42,048 bases of DNA from a virus (IMGVR_UViG_3300038314_000845:1-42048); one strand, 5' to 3'; shown: positions 1-9,254, counted from the first letter of the stretch. Translations and numbers: made by a program. The notes: generated from the sequence alone by a model not told the origin.

Positions 1-710
1 GTTATGGTGTTGCTGGTCGTTTGGTCGCAAGCGTTCGCTATGGTTTCAATAGACTGGTCATCCATGAAAGCGCTTGCAAGCCCTTTCCCATAAATAGGAT
101 TGGTTAGGTAGTCACGCAAGCACATGGCAGGGTTTTCGCTGTATTCTGTTAGTCCAGTGCGAGTATCTAGGACTTTCTTGCCGCGTATTACAGCTTGAAC
201 CTGAGGCTCGCCGCGCCAGACCGACAACTGCGCTTCTGGGTCCGGCATTTGCAGCACGATATAGGCGTAACAAAGCCCGTCTAGCCGATGGTCGATAGTC
301 CAGTTTGGGATGCCTGAAACCGCAGCAGCGCTTGCCGGTTGCCCTGCTTCGCCAGTGAAAAAGTCAACGCTAAACCATTTCCCGTTTAGCCGTCCTCCGA
401 TGAACTTTTCATCGGTTGACTTTACCCCGTTAAAGTAAAGCGTTTCTAGGCCGTCAACTTCGCCCTCTGAAAACACGCATATAAGGTGCAGCAGGTCGTT
501 CCATGCCTCTTCGGGCGTGTCTGTAACGTATTTGTGAACCTTAATCGCGCCCACTTTGCGTGTTCCGTAGATGACGGGAATCGGCTTATCCGCACCTTGA
601 CGCTCAACCGTGATTGGGTTTTCAGGCGTTGGCGTTTCTAGGAAGTCCCATATTGACCCAAGAAACTCTATTTTCTTTAAAAAGTTTATAACACTATCGA
701 CAAAACCCAT
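1..710 (-). CDS. Tail tip / central tail (host-specificity J-like) protein, N-terminal part, runs off window
   Basis: Not in ORF track. ATG at 710 overlaps the upstream stop (TAATG). Manual translation MGFVDSVINF...KPIPVIYGTRKVG...LICVFSEGEVDG...RGKKVLDTRTG..YSENPAMCLRDYLTNPIYGKGL carries motifs typical of siphophage tail-tip proteins. Confidence 0.85.
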   Translation of the reverse strand, partial: MGFVDSVINFLKKIEFLGSIWDFLETPTPENPITVERQGADKPIPVIYGTRKVGAIKVHKYVTDTPEEAWNDLLHLICVFSEGEVDGLETLYFNGVKSTDEKFIGGRLNGKWFSVDFFTGEAGQPASAAAVSGIPNWTIDHRLDGLCYAYIVLQMPDPEAQLSVWRGEPQVQAVIRGKKVLDTRTGLTEYSENPAMCLRDYLTNPIYGKGLASAFMDDQSIETIANACDQTTSNTI

Positions 711-1273
711 TAGTCCCTAGCTCCCCATATAACTTCTTTCTGTACGGCGGCGGCAAACTCAAACCCTTTATCTCCCGGATAAAAACGCTGCTGACTCGCT
801 GGCGTTGTGCGCCTGCCCGCTGGCTTCTTCCAGTCTGCAAGCTCAGATGCAACCTTGAGGCTCACTACTGACTCTCCGTTTGGGTTTTCTTTGCTTCCGC
901 TACCCACGATGCGCCAGTTGTTTAATCGCATAGCATAATCGCCAACAGGCTGACTGCTAGAGTCAAGCCAAACGCGGTCAACGAACAAGCGCTTATTGAG
1001 TGCCCCGCTATTGTTTAGCAGTAATGCGTTCATAGTTAAATCAGCGCCAGAAAAATTTACGCTAATCTGGTTAACACGAAGCTCAGCGCTATACTTTGGC
1101 GTACCCATATCGAGAATAAGCCCGTTACCCAGAAACGTATTGCCTCCAAACTCAATATCAAACGCCGCCTCAGTGAAGTAATACTCGCTGTCACCTACCT
1201 GAACTGTAACCAAATGAGCAACGGGCAAATCATGGCGCATTGCGTCAATCACTGCTTGCGGTATATCAATCAT
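710..1273 (-). CDS. Tail tip/hub protein (gpL/DUF2163-like)
   Basis: Lies between distal tail and tip genes; C-terminal SQQRFYPGDKGFEF...IWG motif. Confidence 0.7.
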   Translation of the reverse strand: MIDIPQAVIDAMRHDLPVAHLVTVQVGDSEYYFTEAAFDIEFGGNTFLGNGLILDMGTPKYSAELRVNQISVNFSGADLTMNALLLNNSGALNKRLFVDRVWLDSSSQPVGDYAMRLNNWRIVGSGSKENPNGESVVSLKVASELADWKKPAGRRTTPASQQRFYPGDKGFEFAAAVQKEVIWGARD

Positions 1274-1833
1274 AGCGCCTCCACTAAATCCAAGTCGATT
1301 CGAACCGAGTCGGTATCTGCCGATGCGTTAAACTCAAGCGGCCTACCTCGCAGCTTGCATGACCATGTAACATCGTTAAACGTGATTGTTTCACCGCTCG
1401 TCACGGTTCGACGCAAGGCAGGCGCGAAGTCGAAGTTTCCACCGCCCACGCTGGTTACAACATAAACTTTTGAGTGTCCGCCAAACTGGAAGAACTTGCC
1501 GACCTTGACGTCCGCAACTGAGCCAGTCGTAGTTATATTGGTGTCACCTATCGCGCCAGTTGTGCTGGTTGTTTTGTCTGTTGCGTCACTGTACGAATAA
1601 CGAGGCAATCTTACGTCGATTAACTGTAAGTCCTGCTCTCTTGCCGCCATAAACCCCCACACCGCGTCTGCATCATCAGGCGTTAGCAATGTGGAGCGCA
1701 AACTAATATCCCATCGCTGCGACGGCGTTTTTCGCTGCAAATAAATCAAGCTCTGCGATTCACTTGTTGTCACAGGGCTATTATTTTGCACGCGAGCGCT
1801 CTCTATTCCGTATTCTTCTGGTAAAAGCGGCAT
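1270..1833 (-). CDS. Distal tail protein (Dit-like)
   Basis: Directly follows the tape measure gene; 187 aa beta-rich, coupled starts and stops. Confidence 0.65.
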   Translation of the reverse strand: MPLLPEEYGIESARVQNNSPVTTSESQSLIYLQRKTPSQRWDISLRSTLLTPDDADAVWGFMAAREQDLQLIDVRLPRYSYSDATDKTTSTTGAIGDTNITTTGSVADVKVGKFFQFGGHSKVYVVTSVGGGNFDFAPALRRTVTSGETITFNDVTWSCKLRGRPLEFNASADTDSVRIDLDLVEAL

Positions 1834-4037
1834 TATCGGCTGCCTCCTAATCTCATGCCTCGGTCGTCAGCAACGGACGCGACAAGGTTGTAGAATAAAT
1901 CGCGGTTTCTGGTCGCCCATTGTGTTAAACCTTGCTCACTTGGCGGAAGATTAAAGTTAAATTCGGCTTTCATTTCTCGCTGCTCATTGTTATTCGTCGT
2001 ATTCATTTCGTTGCGCAACTGGCTGTTCGGCATAACTGAGCCATTAGTATTCATGCGTACAATTTCGGGTCCGCGTTCACCAACTAGATATTCGTTGCCT
2101 GCTAGGACTTGTCCGCCTGCTGCGCGAGGACTGTACTGCTGTCCCTGTATAGCTGACACTTGAGCTGCCCCCATTGCCGCAGCAGATACGCTAAAAGCAA
2201 CTGCAACAGGCCACGGAACGCCGGGCGTCGCGAGTGCGTTTGCTGTCGCCTGAAACGTGCTTATAAGAGCCTGAGCGGTCGCAAGGTCTTTGTAGCGCTC
2301 AAACGACTCTTTGCCTCCTTGCTTAGCTATTTCAGCAAAGTTACCAAAAGCCTGACCGAGATAATCAAGCGACTTCATCATAGACTGATTCTGCTGCTCT
2401 TGCTCCTGCTCAGCTATCCTTCTACGCTCCGCCGATGCCTGCTCTTGTATAGCTGTTTTCTGGTCTTCGAATTGCTGCGTTAACTCAAGCTGTGCTTCAT
2501 TCGCTTCTTGAATGTTGGCGTTCTCAGTCTGACGATACTGGTTGATTATGTTCGTGCGCTCCATGTATCGCTGTTCGAGCAAAGCAAGTTCGGTTTGCGT
2601 TTCGGCTCGCACTCGCTCTGCTGCCGCTTCGCCCTGACTCATATCGCCAGTAATCTGCGGCTGAACGGTTAATCCTTCTTTGGCTATGTCTCCTTGTAGC
2701 TTTTCAAAATCAGAGCGCACTGACTCGTCATCTATGCCGTTGTCACCGCCTTGCTGCCCACCCTGAAAGCCTCCAAACAACCCTGACGGTTCGCCAAGTG
2801 GTATCTCATTCAGGGCAATCTTGGCTTCGTTTGCTTTTTCTTTTAAGTTATTCAGGTATGCGTCTGCGCTGTCAGTTGGCAGGGGTTCATTCGCCAGCCT
2901 GACCAGCTCCAGTCTTGTGTTAGCTACATCCTGACTAGCTTCGTCCAGTGATTGCCTTAAACTGGGAACCTGTGAGGTGTCAAATTCTAGTTTCGGTATA
3001 TCATCAAGGAATGGGAGCGCATTATATCTTTCTATTATAGCGTTTATGTTAGCTGTCACGCTTTTTTCTATTTCTATGAAGGCTTGCTGAACAGACACAG
3101 CGAAAGACAGCGCAACCTGCTCTGCTGTTCGGAAAGCGAGCTCAGCAGACAGAAGCCCAAGCTCGATACCTCTAAAAGCGTCCCCAACAAAAGCGCCACC
3201 TCTAATAATGCCCTCAAAAGCAGCTCTAGCTGAATCGTCAAAATCAGATAGGTTCTCAGATAAGTCTACAATTACATCACCAAGCAGGGATATTGCACCA
3301 GAAGACTGATTAGCCTTTCCTAGAAATGTTGTCAGATTATTATTCGCAACAGTCAACGACTGTCCGAACGTGCGCTCTGACTTATCGAATATGTCATCAA
3401 TCGTATCGCCGTAGTTTTCCAACGAGCGGATTAGAAGCTCTGACGTTATCTGGCCTTCTGCTGCAAACTCTCGCAGCTCACCAATCGTCTTACCAGTTTC
3501 AGCGGCAACAGCCCGTAGTATCTCAGGTGCGCCCTCGGCAACGGAGTTGAACTCGTCACCACGTAACGCGCCAGCCGCCAAGCCTTGTGACAACTGACGG
3601 ATTGCGCCAGCAGCTTCTTGGGCAGTTGCTCCGGATGCAGCGAATGACTTGTTGATGATGTCAGTGATTCGCACCAAGCGGTCTTGCGATATATTTAGTT
3701 CGGTGGTGTTTCGTGCAAGGGTTGCATATAGCCCCGCCGTTGACTCAAGCTCGGAGCGCGTATTATTGGCAACCTCTAGCAACTCGCGCTGAATGTTGGC
3801 AAGCTCTGAGGTTGATTCTGTAACTATTTTAAGCTGGTTCTGTACGCTTGTGTAAGCGTCCGCATACCTAACCACGGCGCGAACACTTAAAGCCCCGCCC
3901 AACGCCACAAAAGCATTGCGCAGAGCAGTTGTAGCGGTCGTCGTAGACTTCCCTCGACTCTCAAGGCGCTCAAGGTCATCCGTCGCCCGTCTGACTTGAC
4001 GACTGTCTGCTAATAGTTCAACTCTTGCTTGCGTCAT
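1833..4037 (-). CDS. Tail tape measure protein
   Basis: 734 aa helical; QLSQGLAAGALRGDEFNSVAE tape-measure motif; C-terminal RAAGGQV...YLVGERGPE. Confidence 0.95.
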   Translation of the reverse strand: MTQARVELLADSRQVRRATDDLERLESRGKSTTTATTALRNAFVALGGALSVRAVVRYADAYTSVQNQLKIVTESTSELANIQRELLEVANNTRSELESTAGLYATLARNTTELNISQDRLVRITDIINKSFAASGATAQEAAGAIRQLSQGLAAGALRGDEFNSVAEGAPEILRAVAAETGKTIGELREFAAEGQITSELLIRSLENYGDTIDDIFDKSERTFGQSLTVANNNLTTFLGKANQSSGAISLLGDVIVDLSENLSDFDDSARAAFEGIIRGGAFVGDAFRGIELGLLSAELAFRTAEQVALSFAVSVQQAFIEIEKSVTANINAIIERYNALPFLDDIPKLEFDTSQVPSLRQSLDEASQDVANTRLELVRLANEPLPTDSADAYLNNLKEKANEAKIALNEIPLGEPSGLFGGFQGGQQGGDNGIDDESVRSDFEKLQGDIAKEGLTVQPQITGDMSQGEAAAERVRAETQTELALLEQRYMERTNIINQYRQTENANIQEANEAQLELTQQFEDQKTAIQEQASAERRRIAEQEQEQQNQSMMKSLDYLGQAFGNFAEIAKQGGKESFERYKDLATAQALISTFQATANALATPGVPWPVAVAFSVSAAAMGAAQVSAIQGQQYSPRAAGGQVLAGNEYLVGERGPEIVRMNTNGSVMPNSQLRNEMNTTNNNEQREMKAEFNFNLPPSEQGLTQWATRNRDLFYNLVASVADDRGMRLGGSR

Positions 4038-4065
4038 TACGGACTCCGTTTGCGGTTATGCTGAT

Positions 4066-4115
4066 AGTATAGCGCAACTGGTCAGACCAGACAAACGGGG
4101 ATTGTTTGGTATGGT
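4066..4115. promoter_or_regulatory. Divergent promoter pair with palindrome CTGGTCAGACCAG (4078-4090)
   Basis: Minus: TTGTCT-17-TATACT toward tape measure. Plus: palindrome-19 bp-(TGG)TATGGT toward cassette. Confidence 0.75.
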
Positions 4116-4145
4116 TGGGGTGTTGCTAATTGAGAGGAGGTAATA

Positions 4146-4223
4146 ATGCTAGACATATTTTTTACAGTTATGACTGCTATAATATTAATTATGGGAATAC
4201 TTGCGCTTTTCGATAAGGATTAA
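4146..4223 (+). CDS. 25-aa single-TM micropeptide
   Basis: MLDIFFTVMTAIILIMGILALFDKD, strong SD GAGAGGAGG, first gene after promoter. Confidence 0.65.
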   Translation: MLDIFFTVMTAIILIMGILALFDKD

Positions 4224-4225
4224 TT

Positions 4226-4489
4226 ATGACTGAAACGATACCTAAAGAACTTGATGAAATACTAGACCTTGTAACAGATTTTCTAGAGGATAAAGGGAAC
4301 AAAAGCTACTTTATTTCTTCATTCAAAAAGCGCGGCGAATACAGAGTGGAAGTTAAACTCATGATGTCGTCCAAAGAAGCTTGCGATTTGTGGGTTGAAT
4401 TCATTGATGTTTTGATAGATAAAGAAATGGATACCGATTACCCAATGGTTCATTTTGGAAGGAGTGAACATTATGATGAAGAAGCGTAA
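4226..4489 (+). CDS. Hypothetical protein (accessory cassette 1)
   Basis: ORF with SD AAGGA, AT-rich. Confidence 0.7.
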   Translation: MTETIPKELDEILDLVTDFLEDKGNKSYFISSFKKRGEYRVEVKLMMSSKEACDLWVEFIDVLIDKEMDTDYPMVHFGRSEHYDEEA

Positions 4490-4679
4490 TACAGTTGGTG
4501 ATGCTGTAATAACCAATATCTACAAAGACAAATACGAACCGGAGGATACAGTGATAGAGTTTAAAGGCAGCAGCATAACAGCAGATGAAGTTCAATACGC
4601 CCTTGAACAGCGTGCTAACGAGTTGTTTGGCGAAGAAGTTGGCGGCGGCAGCTATAACATTGGATATGGAGATGGGTGA
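4473..4679 (+). CDS. Hypothetical protein (accessory cassette 1)
   Basis: SD AAGGAG before ATG 4473; TGATG coupling to next ORF. Confidence 0.6.
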   Translation: MMKKRNTVGDAVITNIYKDKYEPEDTVIEFKGSSITADEVQYALEQRANELFGEEVGGGSYNIGYGDG

Positions 4680-4771
4680 TGCTATTGGGTGAGTGGGTTC
4701 TTGCAGCGTATCTGGCAACCAACTTGATATTGCTGTTTTTAATAATGTGGAGAGGCATTAATTATGATTAA
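4679..4771 (+). CDS. 30-aa single-TM micropeptide
   Basis: MLLGEWVLAAYLATNLILLFLIMWRGINYD; overlaps both neighbours. Confidence 0.55.
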   Translation: MLLGEWVLAAYLATNLILLFLIMWRGINYD

Positions 4772-5126
4772 GGGTGAATGTGAACACGGAAACAGGTCGC
4801 ACCAATGCATCTATTGCGAAGCCGATGAGCTTAACAGAGAGGTGGATGAACTAAAAAACACAATTACTGAATTGGAAGAATATATAAAGTTGGTAGATGA
4901 GGAGAACTATTTGTTAAACCTTACTCACAGAGACTGCCGCAGAATTATAAATAAGCACCAAGAGTCATTGAAGAGCGTTGACGAACAAAGAGAAGATACA
5001 GCTATCGCTATTAGAGGTGAGCTTAACAAGATTTTAAGGTGGTCAGTAAGGCGACGGTATATACAAGCCTTTAACCATGCTTGCTCTAACTTAGGAATAT
5101 TGAAGAATCACACAACTTGGAAATAA
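4764..5126 (+). CDS. Hypothetical protein with N-terminal Cys/His motif and coiled coil
   Basis: CEHG...CIYC then heptad repeat; SD GGAGAGG. Confidence 0.7.
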   Translation: MIKGECEHGNRSHQCIYCEADELNREVDELKNTITELEEYIKLVDEENYLLNLTHRDCRRIINKHQESLKSVDEQREDTAIAIRGELNKILRWSVRRRYIQAFNHACSNLGILKNHTTWK

Positions 5127-5137
5127 AGGATAACACA

Positions 5138-5569
5138 ATGACTCAACTAACAACCGAACATATAAAAGCAATACTAATTGGCGCACCTGACGTGGCAACG
5201 CATTACGAGATAGGCGGTATATATTATAGACAGTTAAATAGTGATGGCTGGTTTTGGTTTAATATGGATGAATGGGTTAAGGGTGGCCCGAGCTCTCTTA
5301 ACCCTCCTCTATATTCACTTGAGCATCTTTATGAGATATTTGTACTGAGGACTGGCAAAGAGACCCTTAGCCAGTTTACAGAAAATGAAAACGAACTACC
5401 GAAAATCGGGGAGTTTGTCGAAATAAAGGAGTGGGTTAACACTTGGGAGGTTTTGAGATACTTTACTCATAAAGAGCTTGGTTATGGAGCTATTTTATGC
5501 TGCCATACAAAACTTAATAGCTTCGGTTTCTTGCCAATAGATGACTTTAAAGAAAGGCTTGTTAAGTAA
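5138..5569 (+). CDS. Hypothetical phage protein
   Basis: SD AAGGA before ATG 5138; GAPDVATHY motif common in small phage proteins. Confidence 0.7.
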   Translation: MTQLTTEHIKAILIGAPDVATHYEIGGIYYRQLNSDGWFWFNMDEWVKGGPSSLNPPLYSLEHLYEIFVLRTGKETLSQFTENENELPKIGEFVEIKEWVNTWEVLRYFTHKELGYGAILCCHTKLNSFGFLPIDDFKERLVK

Positions 5570-5572
5570 AAC

Positions 5573-5599
5573 AAAAGCCCTCACTCCGAGGGCTTCTTC
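5573..5599. terminator. Bidirectional intrinsic terminator
   Basis: AAAAGCCCTC-actcc-GAGGGCTTCTT between convergent genes. Confidence 0.7.
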
Positions 5600-5937
5600 T
5601 GACTCTTACACAAACACCGCCAAATCCCCATAACAGCCTGCACCTCAAACGGTGCGGGCTTTATGCCATGCAAGCTAAACCACGACTGCACCGCTTGTGC
5701 TGAAAAGTCATCGCCGTTCATGGTGCGAATCTCACAGAACCATTCCCACAAATAAGCAGCTTCATTCGGAAACGGCAGCGGCTTGTACTTGTCGGGTATC
5801 TCGCGCTTCTTTGCAAGAAATGACCAATGCTCTTCGTATGTTAGGCTTTTCGGGTTTTTCGGGTCGATTTTTTGCCAGAGGAAGAACTGTCTTTCGCACC
5901 ATCGGATGAGTCGGTCGATGGCTTCGGCTCTGGCTTC
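5581..5937 (-). CDS. Tail assembly chaperone, gpT-like part reached by -1 frameshift
   Basis: 119-codon -1 frame with no start codon at its 5' end: EARAEAIDRL...PLPFPNEAAYLWEWFCEIR...; overlaps end of gpG-like ORF; candidate slip site GGGGAAG (5934-5940). Confidence 0.75.
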   Translation of the reverse strand, partial: EARAEAIDRLIRWCERQFFLWQKIDPKNPKSLTYEEHWSFLAKKREIPDKYKPLPFPNEAAYLWEWFCEIRTMNGDDFSAQAVQSWFSLHGIKPAPFEVQAVMGIWRCLCKSQKKPSE

Positions 5938-6257
5938 CCCAAGCGCCCTGCTTCAATGTAAATCTTGTCAATGAGCGCACGCTTTTTGCGTAGTAGCTCG
6001 CAGGCGTTTTCGATGGTCAACTCATCGTCGAGATTCCATTCTTTGATTAGATGCGCTGCGGCTTCGCGGTCGATGGTGTCTTGCTCTGCTGGCGTGCGCT
6101 TTTTGGCGTCGTCACCTTTAACAAGATTCTCACGCCAGATTGAACGAATGTATGCGCTGTACACGCTGGATTCTGTACTGAGTATGGTCAAATCAATGCC
6201 GTCATGCTCAACTTTGCCAGATAGCGTATCAGGGTCTTTCATGTCAGATAGTTTCAT
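5841..6257 (-). CDS. Tail assembly chaperone (gpG-like)
   Basis: Between tail tube and tape measure; LIKEWNLDDELT.EN motif. Confidence 0.8.
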   Translation of the reverse strand: MKLSDMKDPDTLSGKVEHDGIDLTILSTESSVYSAYIRSIWRENLVKGDDAKKRTPAEQDTIDREAAAHLIKEWNLDDELTIENACELLRKKRALIDKIYIEAGRLGKPEPKPSTDSSDGAKDSSSSGKKSTRKTRKA

Positions 6258-6351
6258 TGTAACCTCATGCCTTGCGGTTAATCCGGTTGATTAGGCGCAG
6301 CAGGCGACTGGATGAGTTCCGCTTTTCGGGTTGTTCCCTAGCTGCAATGAA

Positions 6352-6398
6352 ATAATACCACTGGTAAGACCAGTTGAGCAAATAAAGTGTGGTATGGT
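6352..6398. promoter_or_regulatory. Divergent promoter pair with palindrome CTGGTAAGACCAG (6361-6373)
   Basis: Plus: palindrome-19-(TGG)TATGGT. Minus: TTGCTC-18-TATTAT. Confidence 0.7.
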
Positions 6399-6426
6399 GG
6401 GGTGTCAACTAAAAAAGGAGGTTTTT

Positions 6427-6789
6427 GTGGAGCTTATAAAGAACGGGAGTCCGGCTAAGTGCGACACAACCAAAATGTCGGAGGCGGACATTCAAATGGC
6501 CATAGCTAACAAAATGATGGAGGCAGGTATTACACCTAGATTAGAAGTTTCAATGCGCAGCTTTTTTATGGGCAAGAAAAAGGCTGTTATAGACATTGTG
6601 GGGTTCGTAGATGGTATGCCAGTAATTGCTTTTGAGGTAAAGACACCAAAGACAATAAAGACAAGGAGCAAGCAAAGGTTTTATCAAGATATGGTTATGA
6701 CTTGGTTGTACAATCATGGCATCCCTTCGCTCTTTGTGTGCTCTGTTTGTGATGCAGTTAAAAAGATGAGAGGCGTAGGACTTATTTAG
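6427..6789 (+). CDS. PD-(D/E)XK nuclease-like protein (VRR-NUC-like)
   Basis: SE..IQ...IDIVG...AFEVKT...Q motif; GTG start after SD AAGGAGG. Confidence 0.6.
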   Translation: MELIKNGSPAKCDTTKMSEADIQMAIANKMMEAGITPRLEVSMRSFFMGKKKAVIDIVGFVDGMPVIAFEVKTPKTIKTRSKQRFYQDMVMTWLYNHGIPSLFVCSVCDAVKKMRGVGLI

Positions 6790-6823
6790 TCCAAAGCAAC
6801 CCGCTACCAATCGCGGTGGCTGC

Positions 6824-7150
6824 TCACCTCGTCAACCACCAAGCGAAAAAACTACCAGCCAACGCCGCGATGGTTAACCATAAGCCAAACTTCTTGAGCG
6901 CGTCCATTTGTCCTTTTTGGTATCCTTCATGCTCGCGCTTTTTGCCTTCTATATCGTCGATGCGCTCACCTATCGCTCTAAATCCATCGCGTATTTCTGT
7001 TCGGAAGTCATCAATGCTGGTTTCTACGGCGGACAAGTGTTTCATGGTTTCTTTGTGGTCTGACTCAAGTCGTTTAATGCGCTCATCGTGGCGCGTCTTG
7101 CTTTCTTTGAGTCCATCCACTTCATGCCACAGCTTTTCCATTGGTTCCAT
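6824..7150 (-). CDS. Coiled-coil protein with C-terminal TM helix
   Basis: Heptad region followed by FGLWLTIAALAGSFFAWWL. Confidence 0.7.
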   Translation of the reverse strand: MEPMEKLWHEVDGLKESKTRHDERIKRLESDHKETMKHLSAVETSIDDFRTEIRDGFRAIGERIDDIEGKKREHEGYQKGQMDALKKFGLWLTIAALAGSFFAWWLTR

Positions 7151-7188
7151 CAGTTCGCCCTATAAGCGCAGTGTAATCGAATGTTTAC

Positions 7189-7256
7189 AGTATAACCGTT
7201 CGGGTCATGGTGGCGCAAGTGATCAGACCAGTTTTGTGTGGGGAGTGTGGTATAAA
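7189..7256. promoter_or_regulatory. Divergent promoter pair with degenerate palindrome GTGATCAGACCAG (7219-7231)
   Basis: Plus: palindrome-19-(TGG)TATAAA. Minus: TTGCGC-18-TATACT. Confidence 0.65.
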
Positions 7257-7288
7257 GGGTGTGAAAATTAACTAAAAGGATATATGAA

Positions 7289-7519
7289 ATGTCAGAGTCA
7301 ATAGAAAAGCTAAAGGGTGAATCGGTTTTAAAGTGGAAGCACGAAATGACAAAGAGGGAGATTGACGTAATAGAACAGGCTCAAGACGCTAGTAGCGTTG
7401 AAGATATTGCAACTTGGTCGCTCAATAATCCCTACAAGATAGTAACTGGCAGGTCACTATACCATATAATTAGGAAGATATTAAAGAAAGTTGAACGCAG
7501 AGAAAAAGCCCCGCACTAG
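7289..7519 (+). CDS. Hypothetical protein (single-gene cassette)
   Basis: SD AAGGA, own promoter, convergent with tail tube gene. Confidence 0.7.
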   Translation: MSESIEKLKGESVLKWKHEMTKREIDVIEQAQDASSVEDIATWSLNNPYKIVTGRSLYHIIRKILKKVERREKAPH

Positions 7520-7545
7520 GCAGGGCGTGTATTCTTCGGTGCGCC

Positions 7546-8484
7546 TTAAACAACAGGCGTGCGCTCAACAATAATCGTTGAGCCAGTTGCACTGTCAAGC
7601 TCTGCGGTAAAGTCCAGTGAGATTGTGATTTCACCCTCACCGCCAACGTCTGTATTACCTGTGTTGAACATAGTGCGTGGCAAGGTAATCTTGTACGCAT
7701 TGCCAGCCTCGTCTAGCAGGTTAACTTCAAGGCTCGACTTCTCGCCAGAAATGAACTTATCGTACAGCGTAAAGTTCTGGAACTGAGCCGTCACGTTGCC
7801 GCTGACGTTAATCTTGCCTTGCGGTTTTGAGCCGGTCGTCTTGCTAAACAGTACAAAGCTCGACTCGATGTTGTTCTCAACCGTCATGGTTAACTGAGTC
7901 ACATCGGCAAGCTCTACGCCATCATCAAGAATCGAGCCTGAATCATAGCTGAACGGACAATCACCGCTTGGCTCAATATAGGTTGCGCCTGCTTTCTCAG
8001 CGTGCTCATTAGGCGAGTCAACGCCAATAACGCCAACCGTGAACACAACATCAGAGTTTGGTGTTAGCTCCAAGTTCAGCGTGTTCATCTCACAGCCGGT
8101 GTAGTAGCGGTATGAATCAGCGCCCAATGCAGGGTCTTGACGGAAAATCGTGAAGCCGCGACGCACTGAGCCGTTGGTCAGCTGGTCGGTTCCGACTGCT
8201 GGCGTGTCAGCTTCCCAAGTGCCCCCAAGCGCCGCTTCCAGTAGGTCGTCCTGATGCCCGTAAATCAGCAGTGACGGAATATCGCCGCCCACTGTACGGT
8301 TGCCGTGTCGCAAGCATTTACGGTCACGACCGCCAAGTAATGTTGCCTCGATTAGCTCTTTCGTCAAATTGACGTTAAAGCCTGTTGTTTCAAGCACTTT
8401 AAACTCTGGCGTTGCCGGAGTTGTGCCAATGGTGCTTTCAGCTACATATCCGACTCGTAGCCCTGAGCCTGTTGCAGTTGCCAT
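7546..8484 (-). CDS. Major tail tube protein
   Basis: 312 aa; YVAESTIGTTP start, YTGCEMNTL motif; position after tail terminator. Confidence 0.9.
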   Translation of the reverse strand: MATATGSGLRVGYVAESTIGTTPATPEFKVLETTGFNVNLTKELIEATLLGGRDRKCLRHGNRTVGGDIPSLLIYGHQDDLLEAALGGTWEADTPAVGTDQLTNGSVRRGFTIFRQDPALGADSYRYYTGCEMNTLNLELTPNSDVVFTVGVIGVDSPNEHAEKAGATYIEPSGDCPFSYDSGSILDDGVELADVTQLTMTVENNIESSFVLFSKTTGSKPQGKINVSGNVTAQFQNFTLYDKFISGEKSSLEVNLLDEAGNAYKITLPRTMFNTGNTDVGGEGEITISLDFTAELDSATGSTIIVERTPVV

Positions 8485-8490
8485 AGGTAA

Positions 8491-8898
8491 TTACCTCTGT
8501 TCGTATGTGTAAAAATCAACGTCGATTATTCTGCTGAACCAAACATCCTCATCAGCGCCTTGTCTGGTTGCAGCGGAATTTATTTTAACCACCTGCCCAC
8601 CGTGGCTAAGTGATGCGCCTGTTTTGAATGTCGCTCGTACATTGTCAACAGCGCCATAAAGTGTGTTCATGCCTGAGTTCTTAGGCGTGAAAACCGTGAT
8701 GCGTAGTAACCCGTCGCGGCGGTTGCGTCCACTTGAGCCAAGCGTAAGCACTTCATCCTCAATCGGCAAAATCTGCACACGCACCCACGGCTCGTTGGTT
8801 GGTGTCGTAAACCGGCTGTTGTCGTACTTGGTCGGATACGGCACGTTAGCCGCTACCACGCCACCGACAAGCGCGTTCTTAATGTTTAGGTCGCTCAT
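8491..8898 (-). CDS. Tail terminator protein
   Basis: PWVRVQI...G.LRITVFTPKNSG motif; start at MSDLN overlaps upstream stop. Confidence 0.75.
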   Translation of the reverse strand: MSDLNIKNALVGGVVAANVPYPTKYDNSRFTTPTNEPWVRVQILPIEDEVLTLGSSGRNRRDGLLRITVFTPKNSGMNTLYGAVDNVRATFKTGASLSHGGQVVKINSAATRQGADEDVWFSRIIDVDFYTYEQR

Positions 8899-9254
8899 GC
8901 TATCCGCTTGCTCCTTAGTATCGCCTGCCAACGCCTGACGTTCGTTGCTACCATTGCCGTTGCTGCCATTTTGCTTGTGCCTTCTTCCACATAGACCGCA
9001 TATGGAACATTATTGTAAAGAAGCAAAAAGCCGCCCACGTCCGGTATTTGTTGCGTCGTTATGGTCGGAATCTTATCTCCTGTTGAGCCGTCGTTAGTCT
9101 GACCTATAAGCCAGCCTTTGATTAGCGTAGAAGTCCTAACAGGTGTCATCTGAACCGTGCCGCGAAACAACTCAACAACAGACTCTTTCCACTGCTTGTT
9201 GAGCGCGTCGGTTGCTATGTTCACAGCGCGTGATAGCTCGGTGGCGAAGGTCAT
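8895..9254 (-). CDS. Neck / tail completion protein (HK97 gp10-like)
   Basis: TPVRTSTLIKGW...NNVPYAVYVEEGTSKM motif. Confidence 0.8.
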   Translation of the reverse strand: MTFATELSRAVNIATDALNKQWKESVVELFRGTVQMTPVRTSTLIKGWLIGQTNDGSTGDKIPTITTQQIPDVGGFLLLYNNVPYAVYVEEGTSKMAATAMVATNVRRWQAILRSKRIA

